Sequence record: OR608733.1
Length of the DNA stretch: 64,000 nucleotides
Direction: 5' to 3' (one strand)
Shown here: positions 30,632 to 40,200 of the stretch, piece by piece
Numbering within the stretch: position 1 is the stretch's first letter
Layout: the number at the start of each line of letters is the position of its first letter
Notes under the pieces: generated by a model
The model's database searches: none
Told to the model about the DNA's origin: nothing
The model's input: only the letters and a program-made list of their open reading frames with translations
Position numbers and translations under genes: made by a program

Positions 30632-30748
30632 TTACTTGCTGTGAAGATTTTTCTCGCGTACAGCGTCTGTTAACTGACGTGGCGGGTTGAGTTGATCTGA
30701 CAGGAGCTTCCGGAGGTTATCCAGACCGATTACTTTCTTCTTGGATAT
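30632..30748 (-). CDS. Putative 38-codon ORF with ATA start
   Basis: AAGGAA SD 8 nt upstream of ATA; reads (M)SKKKVIGLDNLRKLLSDQLNPPRQLTDAVREKNLHSK*, stop just before a hairpin. Confidence 0.4.
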   Translation of the reverse strand: MSKKKVIGLDNLRKLLSDQLNPPRQLTDAVREKNLHSK

Positions 30749-30770
30749 TGAGATTATTCCTTTTGATATA

Positions 30771-31043
30771 TTAAATAGTTTTGATTATTTCGGTGTGAAT
30801 AAGAGAGTTGAAACGAACATCGAACGTGCCGTACATATCCGATGTTAGTTCCTCGAAGACTGGACTATCCATGAATAGTTCCAGTGCGCGACGAGCCGCA
30901 AGACGCTTATCGCCTTCACCATTAGCACCGGGATAAACCGAATTACCCTCACCTGGCTTAGCAAAGCCATCAAAGACATGTGACTCGCCTTCACGGTCAG
31001 TCACAGTTGCTTTAACGGAATAGCCTGCGTAACGGAGTCCCAT
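30771..31043 (-). CDS. Hypothetical early-region protein (90 aa)
   Basis: TAATG coupling to upstream gene. Confidence 0.75.
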   Translation of the reverse strand: MGLRYAGYSVKATVTDREGESHVFDGFAKPGEGNSVYPGANGEGDKRLAARRALELFMDSPVFEELTSDMYGTFDVRFNSLIHTEIIKTI

Positions 31044-31071
31044 TATTCATCCCATCCTTTTACTTCGTACC
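31040..31071. repeat. 32-bp gene-junction repeat, copy 2
   Basis: CCATTATTCATCCCATCCTTTTACTTCGTACC. Confidence 0.9.
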
Positions 31072-31276
31072 AGAGACAGGCACTATTGTATTCAACAATG
31101 TAACCGTCTTTACGGAGGATTTTCGCTTGACGATTATTCATCTTCCCTTCAACTGGCGTATTCTCATTGTTGTAATCGAAGTTTACCACTGAATCACCAG
31201 CGAGCGCCCGTTGCTTAATTTTAGCATGGATTGATTCCATTTTATAAAGAAGTTCACGCAGCTCTTGTAATGTCAT
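31043..31276 (-). CDS. Hypothetical early-region protein (77 aa)
   Basis: ATGA overlap with upstream gene. Confidence 0.7.
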   Translation of the reverse strand: MTLQELRELLYKMESIHAKIKQRALAGDSVVNFDYNNENTPVEGKMNNRQAKILRKDGYIVEYNSACLWYEVKGWDE

Positions 31277-31494
31277 GTAACTACACCTACAATAAAGACT
31301 CGACTGATTTCATTAAGGTATGCAAGCATTAGGAGAATACCTGCCCAAATAACAATTTTTCGAGTAGTCTGTTTTTCTATTACACCTGGGTGTGATTCAT
31401 GAATACTACGGTAACAAAATACATAAAACAGACACAGACTCATTGTGATGAAAATAATGGTAAACCAACCTAAATAGATCATTTTCTTCACCAA
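31273..31494 (-). CDS. Small membrane protein, 2 TM (73 aa)
   Basis: Two hydrophobic stretches. Confidence 0.65.
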   Translation of the reverse strand: MVKKMIYLGWFTIIFITMSLCLFYVFCYRSIHESHPGVIEKQTTRKIVIWAGILLMLAYLNEISRVFIVGVVT

Positions 31495-31565
31495 TTGGAT
31501 TTATGTATTTAGGAGGGAGTTAACACAACGTGTCGAAATTGTGTTAACTCTTTAACCTATGTTAG

Positions 31566-31835
31566 TTAGCTCTGATTACCCACTGCCATGATTTCGACAT
31601 GGTAGGGCTTATCAGAATTATGCCCAATGCAAGTCTCGCATTTGAAGATACGCCAGAACCCATAAGAAGGGAGTTCACGGTTTTTCACATACATGTAATC
31701 ATGTGCAGCCGCGAGGTACTTTTGTTGGATAGAGAATTCACAAGTGATATAACCTTTCTCACGAATGAACTCTTGAGTCATCTGATCAAAAGTCTTTTTG
31801 AGTTCATCAGTAAGATCGACTTGGATTGCGAACAT
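31566..31835 (-). CDS. Hypothetical early-region protein (89 aa)
   Basis: AAGGAA SD. Confidence 0.7.
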   Translation of the reverse strand: MFAIQVDLTDELKKTFDQMTQEFIREKGYITCEFSIQQKYLAAAHDYMYVKNRELPSYGFWRIFKCETCIGHNSDKPYHVEIMAVGNQS

Positions 31836-31872
31836 TAAAACATTCCTTTTAGTATATTGAATAATAATAAAT

Positions 31873-32244
31873 CTATTGTTTTGTCAATAGAAAGATCTCT
31901 TTTAAAGCTGCATCAATCTGATGATACGGCCATGAATCAACACGAGGTTCGTTATCAAGGTATGTCCAAAGTTGGATACCTTGAAGTTTATTGTAGAATA
32001 CCTTGATTTTGATTCCTTCGTGGCCAACAAGACCTTCAATGTAAGCTACACCATGTACGTATGTAGCCCTAAGTGCGTACTCACTATCTTCACTGTCGCG
32101 CTGCATATATCTGGAATAGATGAAACTCTCATGATCAAATGGATCAGCTTGAACAATGTGGTCAAAAAATTTCTTTAGTTCAGATTTTTCAATATTGGTC
32201 ATTACATTATCCTCATGATTATTGAAATGATTTATTAAGTCCAC
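31873..32244 (-). CDS. Hypothetical early-region protein (123 aa)
   Basis: AGGAGG SD, GTG start. Confidence 0.7.
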   Translation of the reverse strand: MDLINHFNNHEDNVMTNIEKSELKKFFDHIVQADPFDHESFIYSRYMQRDSEDSEYALRATYVHGVAYIEGLVGHEGIKIKVFYNKLQGIQLWTYLDNEPRVDSWPYHQIDAALKEIFLLTKQ

Positions 32245-32276
32245 CTCCTAGAAGATAGACTTAATACTATTCGATG

Positions 32277-32669
32277 TTATTTTAAGACGCCTGCCTTGTA
32301 ACCTTTAACAACATTTCTAGCTTCTAACACACTGATCTCGCCAATGTGTTTACGCAGTGCTGTAATAGCATTGATGGTGGGTTCATTATCTGCGATATGG
32401 CGCCAGTTTCCCTTACCCCTAATAAGTTCAACATCCTGGACATATAGACCATCTTTAACTAGATCCATTGTTTCCACCAACTTTTCGACTTCTTTAGTTA
32501 GATGCGTATGAAGACTGGCGAGGGACATGTCAGTCATTTGATGCACGTCATAGAGAAAATCTCTATTATCAGAAGACGATAAAATCTCTTTGGCGAGTTT
32601 ATTTACAGTGTCGATGTTTGCTGCAATTGAAATTAGCAGCCCGGCATATTTCTCTGCGTTATAATTCAT
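32277..32669 (-). CDS. Hypothetical early-region protein (130 aa)
   Basis: Track ORF, operon context. Confidence 0.75.
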   Translation of the reverse strand: MNYNAEKYAGLLISIAANIDTVNKLAKEILSSSDNRDFLYDVHQMTDMSLASLHTHLTKEVEKLVETMDLVKDGLYVQDVELIRGKGNWRHIADNEPTINAITALRKHIGEISVLEARNVVKGYKAGVLK

Positions 32670-32697
32670 TAATACATACCCCTATTTAAAATTGGAT

Positions 32698-32841
32698 TTA
32701 GTTTAGTGCAGTGATACTACGAATATCCAATTCATGTAAATCAAATTTCATTAGGAACTCATTCACCGCTTGCTGAATAGTGTACCCACTCGGAGATTCC
32801 CACTGGGTACCATTAAAAGCAATAATACGATAACCTACCAT
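32698..32841 (-). CDS. Small protein, 47 aa (not in track)
   Basis: GAGGAA SD; MVGYRIIAFNGTQWESPSGYTIQQAVNEFLMKFDLHELDIRSITALN*. Confidence 0.65.
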   Translation of the reverse strand: MVGYRIIAFNGTQWESPSGYTIQQAVNEFLMKFDLHELDIRSITALN

Positions 32842-32897
32842 TTTTTATTCCTCTAATCACAAAATAAAAGCCCTCCCGAAGGAGGGTATTTATATCG

Positions 32898-33377
32898 TTA
32901 CCAACTGATTACCGTGACAAGCTCGAATACCTGACACAATTCTTTATCACGGGGGGCATGGTGAAAAGGCTTACCTTCAATACCGCAGTACGGATAAAAC
33001 AATTTTCGGTGTTCCGTGTCGCCAAACCAGAAGGTGGTGTTATTGGAATCAACCACACCATGGATAGCCACATCACGGATGTACTGAAATACATGAACTG
33101 CCTTATCAGTGATCACTCGCAGTTCTACACCGTGTTCCTTCATCATAGCCAGGATGTCGTCCTTGGTGTAATCCACTTGTTCAGCACTGATCATGATCTC
33201 GTGAGTCAGAGAACGCTTTTCCTTGTCACCGAAACAGATACAGACCAATTGCACCAACTGACCTTCTACCTTGAGACCATTGGTCGGTTTTAGTAGAATG
33301 AACTCATCATATTTGTAATCATTGGTGACAATCAGTGCCGACTTATTGCGAGTGACAATGCCTAGGTTATACGACAT
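32898..33377 (-). CDS. Hypothetical early-region protein (159 aa)
   Basis: GAGGAAG SD, followed by hairpin 32870-32887. Confidence 0.8.
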   Translation of the reverse strand: MSYNLGIVTRNKSALIVTNDYKYDEFILLKPTNGLKVEGQLVQLVCICFGDKEKRSLTHEIMISAEQVDYTKDDILAMMKEHGVELRVITDKAVHVFQYIRDVAIHGVVDSNNTTFWFGDTEHRKLFYPYCGIEGKPFHHAPRDKELCQVFELVTVISW

Positions 33378-33389
33378 AATTAATCTTCC

Positions 33390-34391
33390 TCATTTTAGAG
33401 TATGTTGAACCTTGTGGATGTCTTCCAGGCTAGTACCCAGACCAGAAGCCATGTAGATATGTTCCTGGCCTACACGCTTGTGGAAACCAAGCAGAGCATC
33501 TACCGGATTTTCAATAGGGAAGTATTCAGTGTTGTTGCAGTCCCAAGCGAACTCCCATTCTCCATCACGAATTTCTATTTTGTTAGCACTGAGGTAAGTG
33601 ATATTGATGGTATTTACAGTGGCATTACTACCAATGAGGTAGTACGATCCTTCATTGCTACGAACATCGATCCTGCCGCCGTCGATAGTATCCTGATAGT
33701 AGAAACCACGGTCGAAGAATAACTTCAGCATCGAAGTGAAGTAGCTGTTCAATACAGCTTGAGCATCTTTCTCTTCGACCATCCATTTTCCATCAACGAT
33801 GTTATTCAGGTAATTACGATCATGATTGATCCCGACATTATCCACGATGTCAGCGTAGTTCTTATGGAACTTAGCAATCTCGTACAAACGTTCCAGAGTA
33901 GCAAAACGGAAAGGACTGGTGGGATGCAGAGCCAGAATGATCCGACCTACGCTCCACAAACCGGTCCCGTTGACCTCGTAACTTTCTTCGAGGTAACCTT
34001 TGATACCACAGTTAACTTCAAGTTCATCTGCTGGGAAACCGGTGCGGAGCCGCCTACGGATAGCCAATAGTACCGATTCGGATTCTTCCGGATCGAACAG
34101 GTCTATGCCGAAAGTAATCCAGCTACCACGTACTTTGTGCTGGTATGCCAGGCGTACAGTATCACCAAATGGAGAAATGAACCAGCGTTCGTCTTCCGAT
34201 ACGACCAAATGGCAACCACATTGCCACAGGGTACTTAGAGGATCGTTAGAGGCGAGAATGCGCTTGGTGTCGTTCATATCCGACGAAGTAGCATCTGGAC
34301 TGCCATGTAGGTGTGTCAGAATAAACAGAAGCGATGATTCTGTAGTTTGAGCACTCAACATTGCGCGAGTGATGGTTGCATTGATGATCAT
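33390..34391 (-). CDS. Hypothetical early-region protein (333 aa)
   Basis: AAGGAAG SD, long ORF. Confidence 0.85.
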   Translation of the reverse strand: MIINATITRAMLSAQTTESSLLFILTHLHGSPDATSSDMNDTKRILASNDPLSTLWQCGCHLVVSEDERWFISPFGDTVRLAYQHKVRGSWITFGIDLFDPEESESVLLAIRRRLRTGFPADELEVNCGIKGYLEESYEVNGTGLWSVGRIILALHPTSPFRFATLERLYEIAKFHKNYADIVDNVGINHDRNYLNNIVDGKWMVEEKDAQAVLNSYFTSMLKLFFDRGFYYQDTIDGGRIDVRSNEGSYYLIGSNATVNTINITYLSANKIEIRDGEWEFAWDCNNTEYFPIENPVDALLGFHKRVGQEHIYMASGLGTSLEDIHKVQHTLK

Positions 34392-34495
34392 GAGATATCT
34401 TCCTTTTTACAGTTTATGAATATATTGCTAAATAAAAAAATATTACGATGTAGAAAATAAAAGGGAGTCCGAAGACTCCCATTATTGCGTGTAAT

Positions 34496-35608
34496 CTATT
34501 TGATGATAACCGCTTTAGAAAGAGTTTCCATACTTCCAATAACTAATTTGGATTTCTCTTCTTCAGGGTTCTCCATTGCTTCACGCAGGAGTTCACCAAT
34601 AGTTTTGGGTTGAACATCATCACTGATTTCACGCGAGCATGCCGAGTCGTCGTACATATCAAACACATTCAGATCATCATCATCCAGGGGCGTGCTGTCA
34701 TTCCATGAATAGCTTGATTCATCCGAGGTATCATCAGACTCACCATACTGTTCACTGAGGTCACGGTCCAGTTCAGCCTCATACATCTCGCTAATTGCTT
34801 TATCGTCTTCTTCTTGCGCCTTACGACGAGAAGTCTTGTAGAACGGAAGCAGGCGTTGCAGGACTTTATGGAACTTCTTCTTGCTGATCAACCAGCTAAC
34901 AGAGTAGCGAGACAGCTTTACTTCAGCTGCTTTGATAGTCGGATCGGAGTACAGCGCCATGACTAGCTTGTCCAGTTTGTGCAGATGATCTTTAAACGAG
35001 TTTGCATAAGCAGGATGTTCCCGAAGAGTGAACATCACAAACGAACGCATGTCAGTGATATAGTACTGACTGTGATGTTTGTTGATTTCGATGTATACCG
35101 GATCTACTGCGCGGTTATAATCGAATTCCTCTGCCCAGGTAAGGCTACGTACTTTAGTAGGACGAGGACCTTCTGCCCAACGAACAGTCGGATGTTTCTC
35201 ACGGATGTTCCAACCATGATTGCGATCATACTCGGTTGACTCTTCTTTGAACCAGGTGAAATTACCTTCACCGCGCGATACAATACCACGGCACCAACTG
35301 ACGTTGATTGCCTTGTTACGGCTTTCAGTAAGATCACAGGGCATGTCCAGAATAGCGACATAACTGTTATGACCATTGGCCACAACGCCGAGAACAGTAG
35401 CTTCGAATGTCTCGTAGCGCTGTCCAGGATACACACGTTCATTCTCATCCAGGTAACGAAGGGAGCAGGATTCGAAGATAGCACGAGTACCGGCAGGGAA
35501 ATGGGCACGACCGAAAGGTTGTTCGGCCTTTCTTTCTTTACGACGGCTGATAACCCATTCCAGTTTTTCTTTGGTCAGACGGGTTACGGGTTCACGATAT
35601 TGTTTCAT
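34496..35608 (-). CDS. Early protein with basic N-terminus and acidic tail; probably the phiKZ014-like ribosome-binding factor
   Basis: 370 aa, Arg/Lys-rich start, Asp/Glu/Ser-rich C-terminus; phiKZ014 assignment from position and recalled length only. Confidence 0.55.
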   Translation of the reverse strand: MKQYREPVTRLTKEKLEWVISRRKERKAEQPFGRAHFPAGTRAIFESCSLRYLDENERVYPGQRYETFEATVLGVVANGHNSYVAILDMPCDLTESRNKAINVSWCRGIVSRGEGNFTWFKEESTEYDRNHGWNIREKHPTVRWAEGPRPTKVRSLTWAEEFDYNRAVDPVYIEINKHHSQYYITDMRSFVMFTLREHPAYANSFKDHLHKLDKLVMALYSDPTIKAAEVKLSRYSVSWLISKKKFHKVLQRLLPFYKTSRRKAQEEDDKAISEMYEAELDRDLSEQYGESDDTSDESSYSWNDSTPLDDDDLNVFDMYDDSACSREISDDVQPKTIGELLREAMENPEEEKSKLVIGSMETLSKAVIIK

Positions 35609-35757
35609 GGTGTATTTTCCTTTTTACGATTAATTTGGATTATGTACATCCCAATGCATCCTTTCCAAGATACATTGGGATGGAGTCTCCGAAGAGTCCC
35701 ATCTTTTATTCCTGGGTCAGTTCTTTGACAGTACCCTCGGGCGCTGGTTTATTCATA

Positions 35758-36165
35758 TCACAGAAGCTGAGAGAGAATTGGTAGCATGAAAGTCTTTATC
35801 TTATTGCGATACATATTTACCCATGCATTGGACTCATCCACGTGAGTGGATGTGTACTCAGCTACCTTAATATATTCTAAAAAGCCAACAGCATCCGGGC
35901 CTTGATCAACATAGACCATCTTGTTGAAAAGACCTATACCAATGAGCGAGAGACGCTCTGCTTTTATGAAGGCGATAGTATCTTCGATGATAATCTTTAC
36001 TAGGTCCCTGTACTTAACATGGTCGTTATGGATCAATGCCAACATGTCATCAACCTGTACAGTCAACAACATGTCTTCATTACGACGGTTGACCAGTTCA
36101 TTGGTCTGTTCTTGGGTGAACACATGGTCCACGTTTTGGAAGACTCTCGACAGACGACTATCCAT
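35758..36165 (-). CDS. Hypothetical early-region protein (135 aa)
   Basis: GAGGAA SD. Confidence 0.8.
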   Translation of the reverse strand: MDSRLSRVFQNVDHVFTQEQTNELVNRRNEDMLLTVQVDDMLALIHNDHVKYRDLVKIIIEDTIAFIKAERLSLIGIGLFNKMVYVDQGPDAVGFLEYIKVAEYTSTHVDESNAWVNMYRNKIKTFMLPILSQLL

Positions 36166-36306
36166 TTATTATTCCTCAGTAATAGTAAATACAAACATAG
36201 TACATTTCGGTTTAGCCGGCTGTTGACACCATTCCTTCGAAACTTTACCTTCGGGTTTGGTCAGTTCATAATAGAACTGCAAGAAAACCTACCACTATTT
36301 TGGTTT

Positions 36307-36705
36307 TCACTTAGTGATGATCCGTTGCACGAAATGTTGGAGATTTGCAACCAGTCGATCGAACTCTTCCACGGTCAGCTGATCACGATGAGATTCCAGA
36401 AGTACTTCTACCTCTGGAAGAATGTTGAGCGCGATGTCCAATTGGGTCCGTGAGATGAACTCTGCGACATCCAACTCGTGATCTCGACGAAGATGATTTA
36501 CCAGCTTGCGATGTTGTTCACTGTTACGGTAGGTGGAGATCTTATCGATAAGAATATCAGAGATACTGCTTTCGATCTGTTCGGCTACAGCCTGACCGTC
36601 TTCCTTTACGGTAGCTTTGACCGCGAGGATGGCAGCAACGGCTGTTGCGCCAACTGCCAGTGCAATAAGACCAAGACCAAGTGCGTTTTCTTTGATGAAG
36701 TTCAT
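36307..36705 (-). CDS. N-terminally membrane-anchored protein (132 aa)
   Basis: ALGLGLIALAVGATAVAAILAV hydrophobic helix, AAGGA SD. Confidence 0.75.
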   Translation of the reverse strand: MNFIKENALGLGLIALAVGATAVAAILAVKATVKEDGQAVAEQIESSISDILIDKISTYRNSEQHRKLVNHLRRDHELDVAEFISRTQLDIALNILPEVEVLLESHRDQLTVEEFDRLVANLQHFVQRIITK

Positions 36706-36710
36706 ATTGA

Positions 36711-37052
36711 TTATCCTTTCAAAGTTGCATCATCATTGAAGATATCAGGACCCACCGAGAGACTTCCCAGAAGATCCGGAGCAATGTAAACAGAGTTGAG
36801 GGTTTCGTATACACCGGTAACAGCATCTACGTTAACCAGGCTAGAACTGCGCATGGGTACCCATTCACCGTTACGGAAGGCTTCACCGACCAGTACACGA
36901 ACATCATCTACGTCAGTGCGGTTCGGCCATAGATCCTTACCTTCTACTATTTTTACATTACGAGCATGGTAGACCAGTTTACCATTCATGCGAGCAACGA
37001 TATTCGGACGGCACATGTTGTCGATTACTTTAACTGCTACGGACTTTTCCAT
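36711..37052 (-). CDS. Hypothetical early-region protein (113 aa)
   Basis: Track ORF; C-terminal VYETLNSVY beta-rich motif. Confidence 0.75.
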   Translation of the reverse strand: MEKSVAVKVIDNMCRPNIVARMNGKLVYHARNVKIVEGKDLWPNRTDVDDVRVLVGEAFRNGEWVPMRSSSLVNVDAVTGVYETLNSVYIAPDLLGSLSVGPDIFNDDATLKG

Positions 37053-37062
37053 TTTTATTTCT

Positions 37063-37212
37063 CTATTTAGTTACGAGCATTTCTTGACCATTGGGACCGA
37101 TACGATGACCGAGGATAACAGTTTCATTAGAAATAGTTTGCTCTTCAAACTTAGCGTTTACAAACAGTCCACCAAAAGTCAAACCAATAACCACTAGTGC
37201 GAATGCTTTCAT
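37063..37212 (-). CDS. Small signal-anchor protein, 49 aa (not in track)
   Basis: MKAFALVVIGLTFGGLFVNAKFEEQTISNETVILGHRIGPNGQEMLVTK*, directly downstream of an early promoter and AAGGGA SD. Confidence 0.7.
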   Translation of the reverse strand: MKAFALVVIGLTFGGLFVNAKFEEQTISNETVILGHRIGPNGQEMLVTK

Positions 37213-37222
37213 TTTTAAAGTC

Positions 37223-37275
37223 CCTTTTTACATTAATTGAAGGTTAAATATCAAGTTAGTAATATACTGTTTAAA
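37223..37275 (-). promoter_or_regulatory. Early promoter plus 5' UTR cassette, copy 1 of a perfect 53-bp repeat
   Basis: Contains TATATTAC (37259-37266); identical to 39074-39126. Confidence 0.85.
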
Positions 37276-37302
37276 TATGTTTGAATAAGGGAGTAGTAGT
37301 TA

Positions 37303-37563
37303 TTACATATCGTGCAGGTAGGTCTCATCAATGATGGCACGGGCTAGCTCAATGAGACTATCTTCATCAACAACAATGTTACCATCTTTCCAGGTAGCGC
37401 TATGGGATAACCAGTTACGGTAATCCTTACCTCGTACAGGATTGATGCATACCTGACGAGTAGCTGCATCACGGTCACCACGGAAACCCATGATAGCACG
37501 TGCACGACGGATTGCTTCTTTCTCCAAGTCTTCGTCAGATTTAAAAGTCAGGAAAGTTGTCAT
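37303..37563 (-). CDS. Hypothetical early protein (86 aa)
   Basis: AAGGAA SD; own promoter variant at 37609-37640. Confidence 0.75.
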   Translation of the reverse strand: MTTFLTFKSDEDLEKEAIRRARAIMGFRGDRDAATRQVCINPVRGKDYRNWLSHSATWKDGNIVVDEDSLIELARAIIDETYLHDM

Positions 37564-37608
37564 AGTTTGATTCCTTTTTACTGATTTAATAGGTTTAATT
37601 ACACTGTT

Positions 37609-37640
37609 GTGATATACTGGTTAAAATGGTTTGAATGTAT
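37609..37640 (-). promoter_or_regulatory. Early promoter variant (TATATCAC core with conserved upstream TTCAAAC...TTTAAC)
   Basis: Aligns with the 37259, 39110, 39614 and 55190 elements. Confidence 0.6.
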
Positions 37641-37644
37641 TATT

Positions 37645-37977
37645 TCATTTCCACAGACGACAATAGTCATCTACATGTCGAGTGATTTCTGCAACAGCCC
37701 TGAGTCGCCGGCGGCCAGTTAATTTAGAGCAGTGTTTATTAACTAATGTATCAACAGTTTTACGTAACCTAACACAGCGTTCTTCATTAGGTATATCTTG
37801 TTCGATAAACAGGCTAGTTAATTTATGGATTTCCATATGGATTTTCTTACATACATCGTTAGCCGATTTTTCTTCATTTAATTTGTTGTATGATTCGACT
37901 AACTTAACAATAGTTGTAGCAACAGTAGTTGCGGCAACAAAAATTTGAATACCATTGATAAAATTTTTATTAAACAT
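37645..37977 (-). CDS. Hypothetical protein with N-terminal hydrophobic segment (110 aa)
   Basis: GGAG SD; IQIFVAATTVATTIV. Confidence 0.7.
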   Translation of the reverse strand: MFNKNFINGIQIFVAATTVATTIVKLVESYNKLNEEKSANDVCKKIHMEIHKLTSLFIEQDIPNEERCVRLRKTVDTLVNKHCSKLTGRRRLRAVAEITRHVDDYCRLWK

Positions 37978-38078
37978 TTTTAAACTCCAACTAATGTATT
38001 AAAAAAATATGTCTATATTGAAAATAAAGCCCTCCCCGAAGGGAGGGTGTATGTCGCCAATAAGTGTTACTAATTTAT

Positions 38079-38291
38079 TTAGTTAGTTTGACCATACGTT
38101 CTTTCAAAGTTGTTTACATCATAACCTGAGTGGTGTGTTGCAGAACCACCTGAAGTAGTATCTATAATCTTAACTACCACTTCATCATTTTCAATGTAAA
38201 CCGACAGTTTATCTCGCATAAAATCCACGTGGTCATTTCGAGAACGTAGATATTTCATTACAGCTTCGCCACTGATTTTACTGTTAGCCAT
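38079..38291 (-). CDS. Hypothetical protein (70 aa)
   Basis: GAGGA SD, coupled to upstream stop. Confidence 0.7.
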   Translation of the reverse strand: MANSKISGEAVMKYLRSRNDHVDFMRDKLSVYIENDEVVVKIIDTTSGGSATHHSGYDVNNFERTYGQTN

Positions 38292-38293
38292 TA

Positions 38294-38530
38294 TTATTTC
38301 CTCGATTGATTCCAGTTAAAATTATCTTTTGCATTTTTAGTGAAGAACCCGTTACCCCAACCAAATGAGTATCTAAAGTCCTTGATTACACCAACATCCG
38401 AATCGATAACCTTATATTCAATGACTTTATCACTATTCTCCAGAATGACTAAGATCGCGATAAGATCTTTAGGATCACCTACAGTCAATTCATGTCTTTC
38501 AGACTCGTCTCTGTGGATAACGATGTACAT
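38294..38530 (-). CDS. Hypothetical protein (78 aa)
   Basis: GAGGA SD. Confidence 0.7.
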   Translation of the reverse strand: MYIVIHRDESERHELTVGDPKDLIAILVILENSDKVIEYKVIDSDVGVIKDFRYSFGWGNGFFTKNAKDNFNWNQSRK

Positions 38531-38547
38531 GGTACTTTATCCTCTAA

Positions 38548-39063
38548 TTATACCCATTTAGTTACTGGGAGTTCGAAGGTTTCACACAAGTCGAGTACTT
38601 TACGATGTTCCAAGTTATTTTCTGGATAGAAGGTAATGGGTGTAGTCGGACTACCCCAATTAACACGACATCCAGTTTCTTTATGGATTTCGCCAAGTAC
38701 AGTATATGCACCTGCCCCATCTGCATAACCCATTTGATTAGGGTTAACGCAGATTTGAGTAAAACGCTCCGTCAATACTCGATTAATAGTGATGGTCAAG
38801 AGACGAACGAACTCACGAGTCTTCTCGATGTCGTCTACCCAGAATTCCAGAAGGATCCATTTCCCATGAGGGTTATCATGCCCACCTTGGAAGAATACAC
38901 AGAAACCTTCTTTTGCCTTATAAAACTCGTGATTGGTAATGTTACATTCAACCATTTGTTTCACTGCATGCCATACACGCTCGGTGACATAATCACCATA
39001 AAGTTCGATGCAGTGACCACGGCCAGGGAATTGTTCTTTTTTAGAAAATTTAATTTCGAACAT
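38548..39063 (-). CDS. Hypothetical early protein (171 aa)
   Basis: AAGGAA SD, downstream of early promoter. Confidence 0.8.
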   Translation of the reverse strand: MFEIKFSKKEQFPGRGHCIELYGDYVTERVWHAVKQMVECNITNHEFYKAKEGFCVFFQGGHDNPHGKWILLEFWVDDIEKTREFVRLLTITINRVLTERFTQICVNPNQMGYADGAGAYTVLGEIHKETGCRVNWGSPTTPITFYPENNLEHRKVLDLCETFELPVTKWV

Positions 39064-39073
39064 GGTATAGATT

Positions 39074-39126
39074 CCTTTTTACATTAATTGAAGGTTAAAT
39101 ATCAAGTTAGTAATATACTGTTTAAA
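39074..39126 (-). promoter_or_regulatory. Early promoter plus 5' UTR cassette, copy 2
   Basis: Identical to 37223-37275; TATATTAC at 39110-39117. Confidence 0.85.
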
Positions 39127-39157
39127 ATGGTTTGAATGTATTATCGGTAGGGGAGGG

Positions 39158-39571
39158 TTACCCTTTTAACTTTTTAATACTGTTGGATAAGTACATGACA
39201 CTACGGAAAATTTTGAATCTTGAAAAGTATTCACGTACTTCTTCTTTAGTCAATACAAGTCTTCCATCTTTATTTACATTATCACCAAAGACAATTTCCT
39301 GAGTATTCTTCCATAAAGATCTATAAAGATAACAGCCATGTGGTGCATCACACCAATCATAGATCTTAAGTTCAAATTCAACTTTGTCGACAATATCGTC
39401 ATCAAATAAAATAGTATTTCCTTTACTATTTAACTCCATTAACTCATTTGCACAATTTATTGCAAACTCAACCGCTGCCCAGGTTCTACCACCACTGAAC
39501 ATATCTTTACTTAATTTACTTAGATCGATTGCATTATAAGTTGTTTTCTTAGAGTTTTTCATGGACTGCAC
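39158..39571 (-). CDS. Hypothetical early protein (137 aa)
   Basis: GAGGAG SD, promoter at 39614. Confidence 0.75.
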   Translation of the reverse strand: MQSMKNSKKTTYNAIDLSKLSKDMFSGGRTWAAVEFAINCANELMELNSKGNTILFDDDIVDKVEFELKIYDWCDAPHGCYLYRSLWKNTQEIVFGDNVNKDGRLVLTKEEVREYFSRFKIFRSVMYLSNSIKKLKG

Positions 39572-39613
39572 TCCTCAATAATAAATAGAATAATCTATAT
39601 TTAATTCACCTTT

Positions 39614-39642
39614 GTAATATACTGTTTAAATATGTTTGAATA
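39614..39642 (-). promoter_or_regulatory. Early promoter TATTCAAACATATTTAAACAGTATATTAC
   Basis: Identical to 37259-37287. Confidence 0.8.
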
Positions 39643-39678
39643 CATGACATAAAGCCTTCCCCTGGGGGAAGGCTATTA

Positions 39679-40200
39679 TTATGTTTTAATCCAATGGGTA
39701 TATGTACATAGGTCAGTTTCTTTAATAATGGTTGATTTCCATTTATCCCATTTAATGATTTCTTTAGGGAAATAAACACAACTACTATTATCTATTTCCA
39801 TCTTGACAGTAGTAATGTACATTTCGTCTAAAATATCCTTTTCAATGACTTCTTTATAAAGTTGAGAACCGCCAATGATCCATACATCCTTTCCAGTTTC
39901 TTTATTGAAATGAGTGGCATAAACAATAGCTGCACTTAGATTAGGGAGTACACCTAATTTATTATCATAGGCTACTGGATAATTACCGTTACGATATAAA
40001 CTTGATGATACAACAATGTTATTACGATTAGGTAACGGTTTACTACCTAAGGATAAGAAAGTATTTTTACCCATGATAACACAGCAACCAGTTGTCATTT
40101 CTTTAAAGAAAGCTAAATCCTCAGGTATATGCCAAGGTAATAGATTATTATATCCAATGACACCATTTAGGTCATGGGCAACGATTAATTTAATAGCCAT
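39679..40200 (-). CDS. folA: Dihydrofolate reductase
   Basis: LIVAHDLNGVIGYNNLLPWHIPEDLAFFK, VIMGKNTF, LPNRNNIVVSS, IIGGSQLY motifs. Confidence 0.95.
   Translation of the reverse strand: MAIKLIVAHDLNGVIGYNNLLPWHIPEDLAFFKEMTTGCCVIMGKNTFLSLGSKPLPNRNNIVVSSSLYRNGNYPVAYDNKLGVLPNLSAAIVYATHFNKETGKDVWIIGGSQLYKEVIEKDILDEMYITTVKMEIDNSSCVYFPKEIIKWDKWKSTIIKETDLCTYTHWIKT

Noticed and set aside
29257-38561. Many antisense ORFs in the GC-richer early block (e.g. 29499-29891, 34000-34350, 36019-36453)
   Set aside because: Expected shadow frames where stops are rarer; no SD or operon logic.
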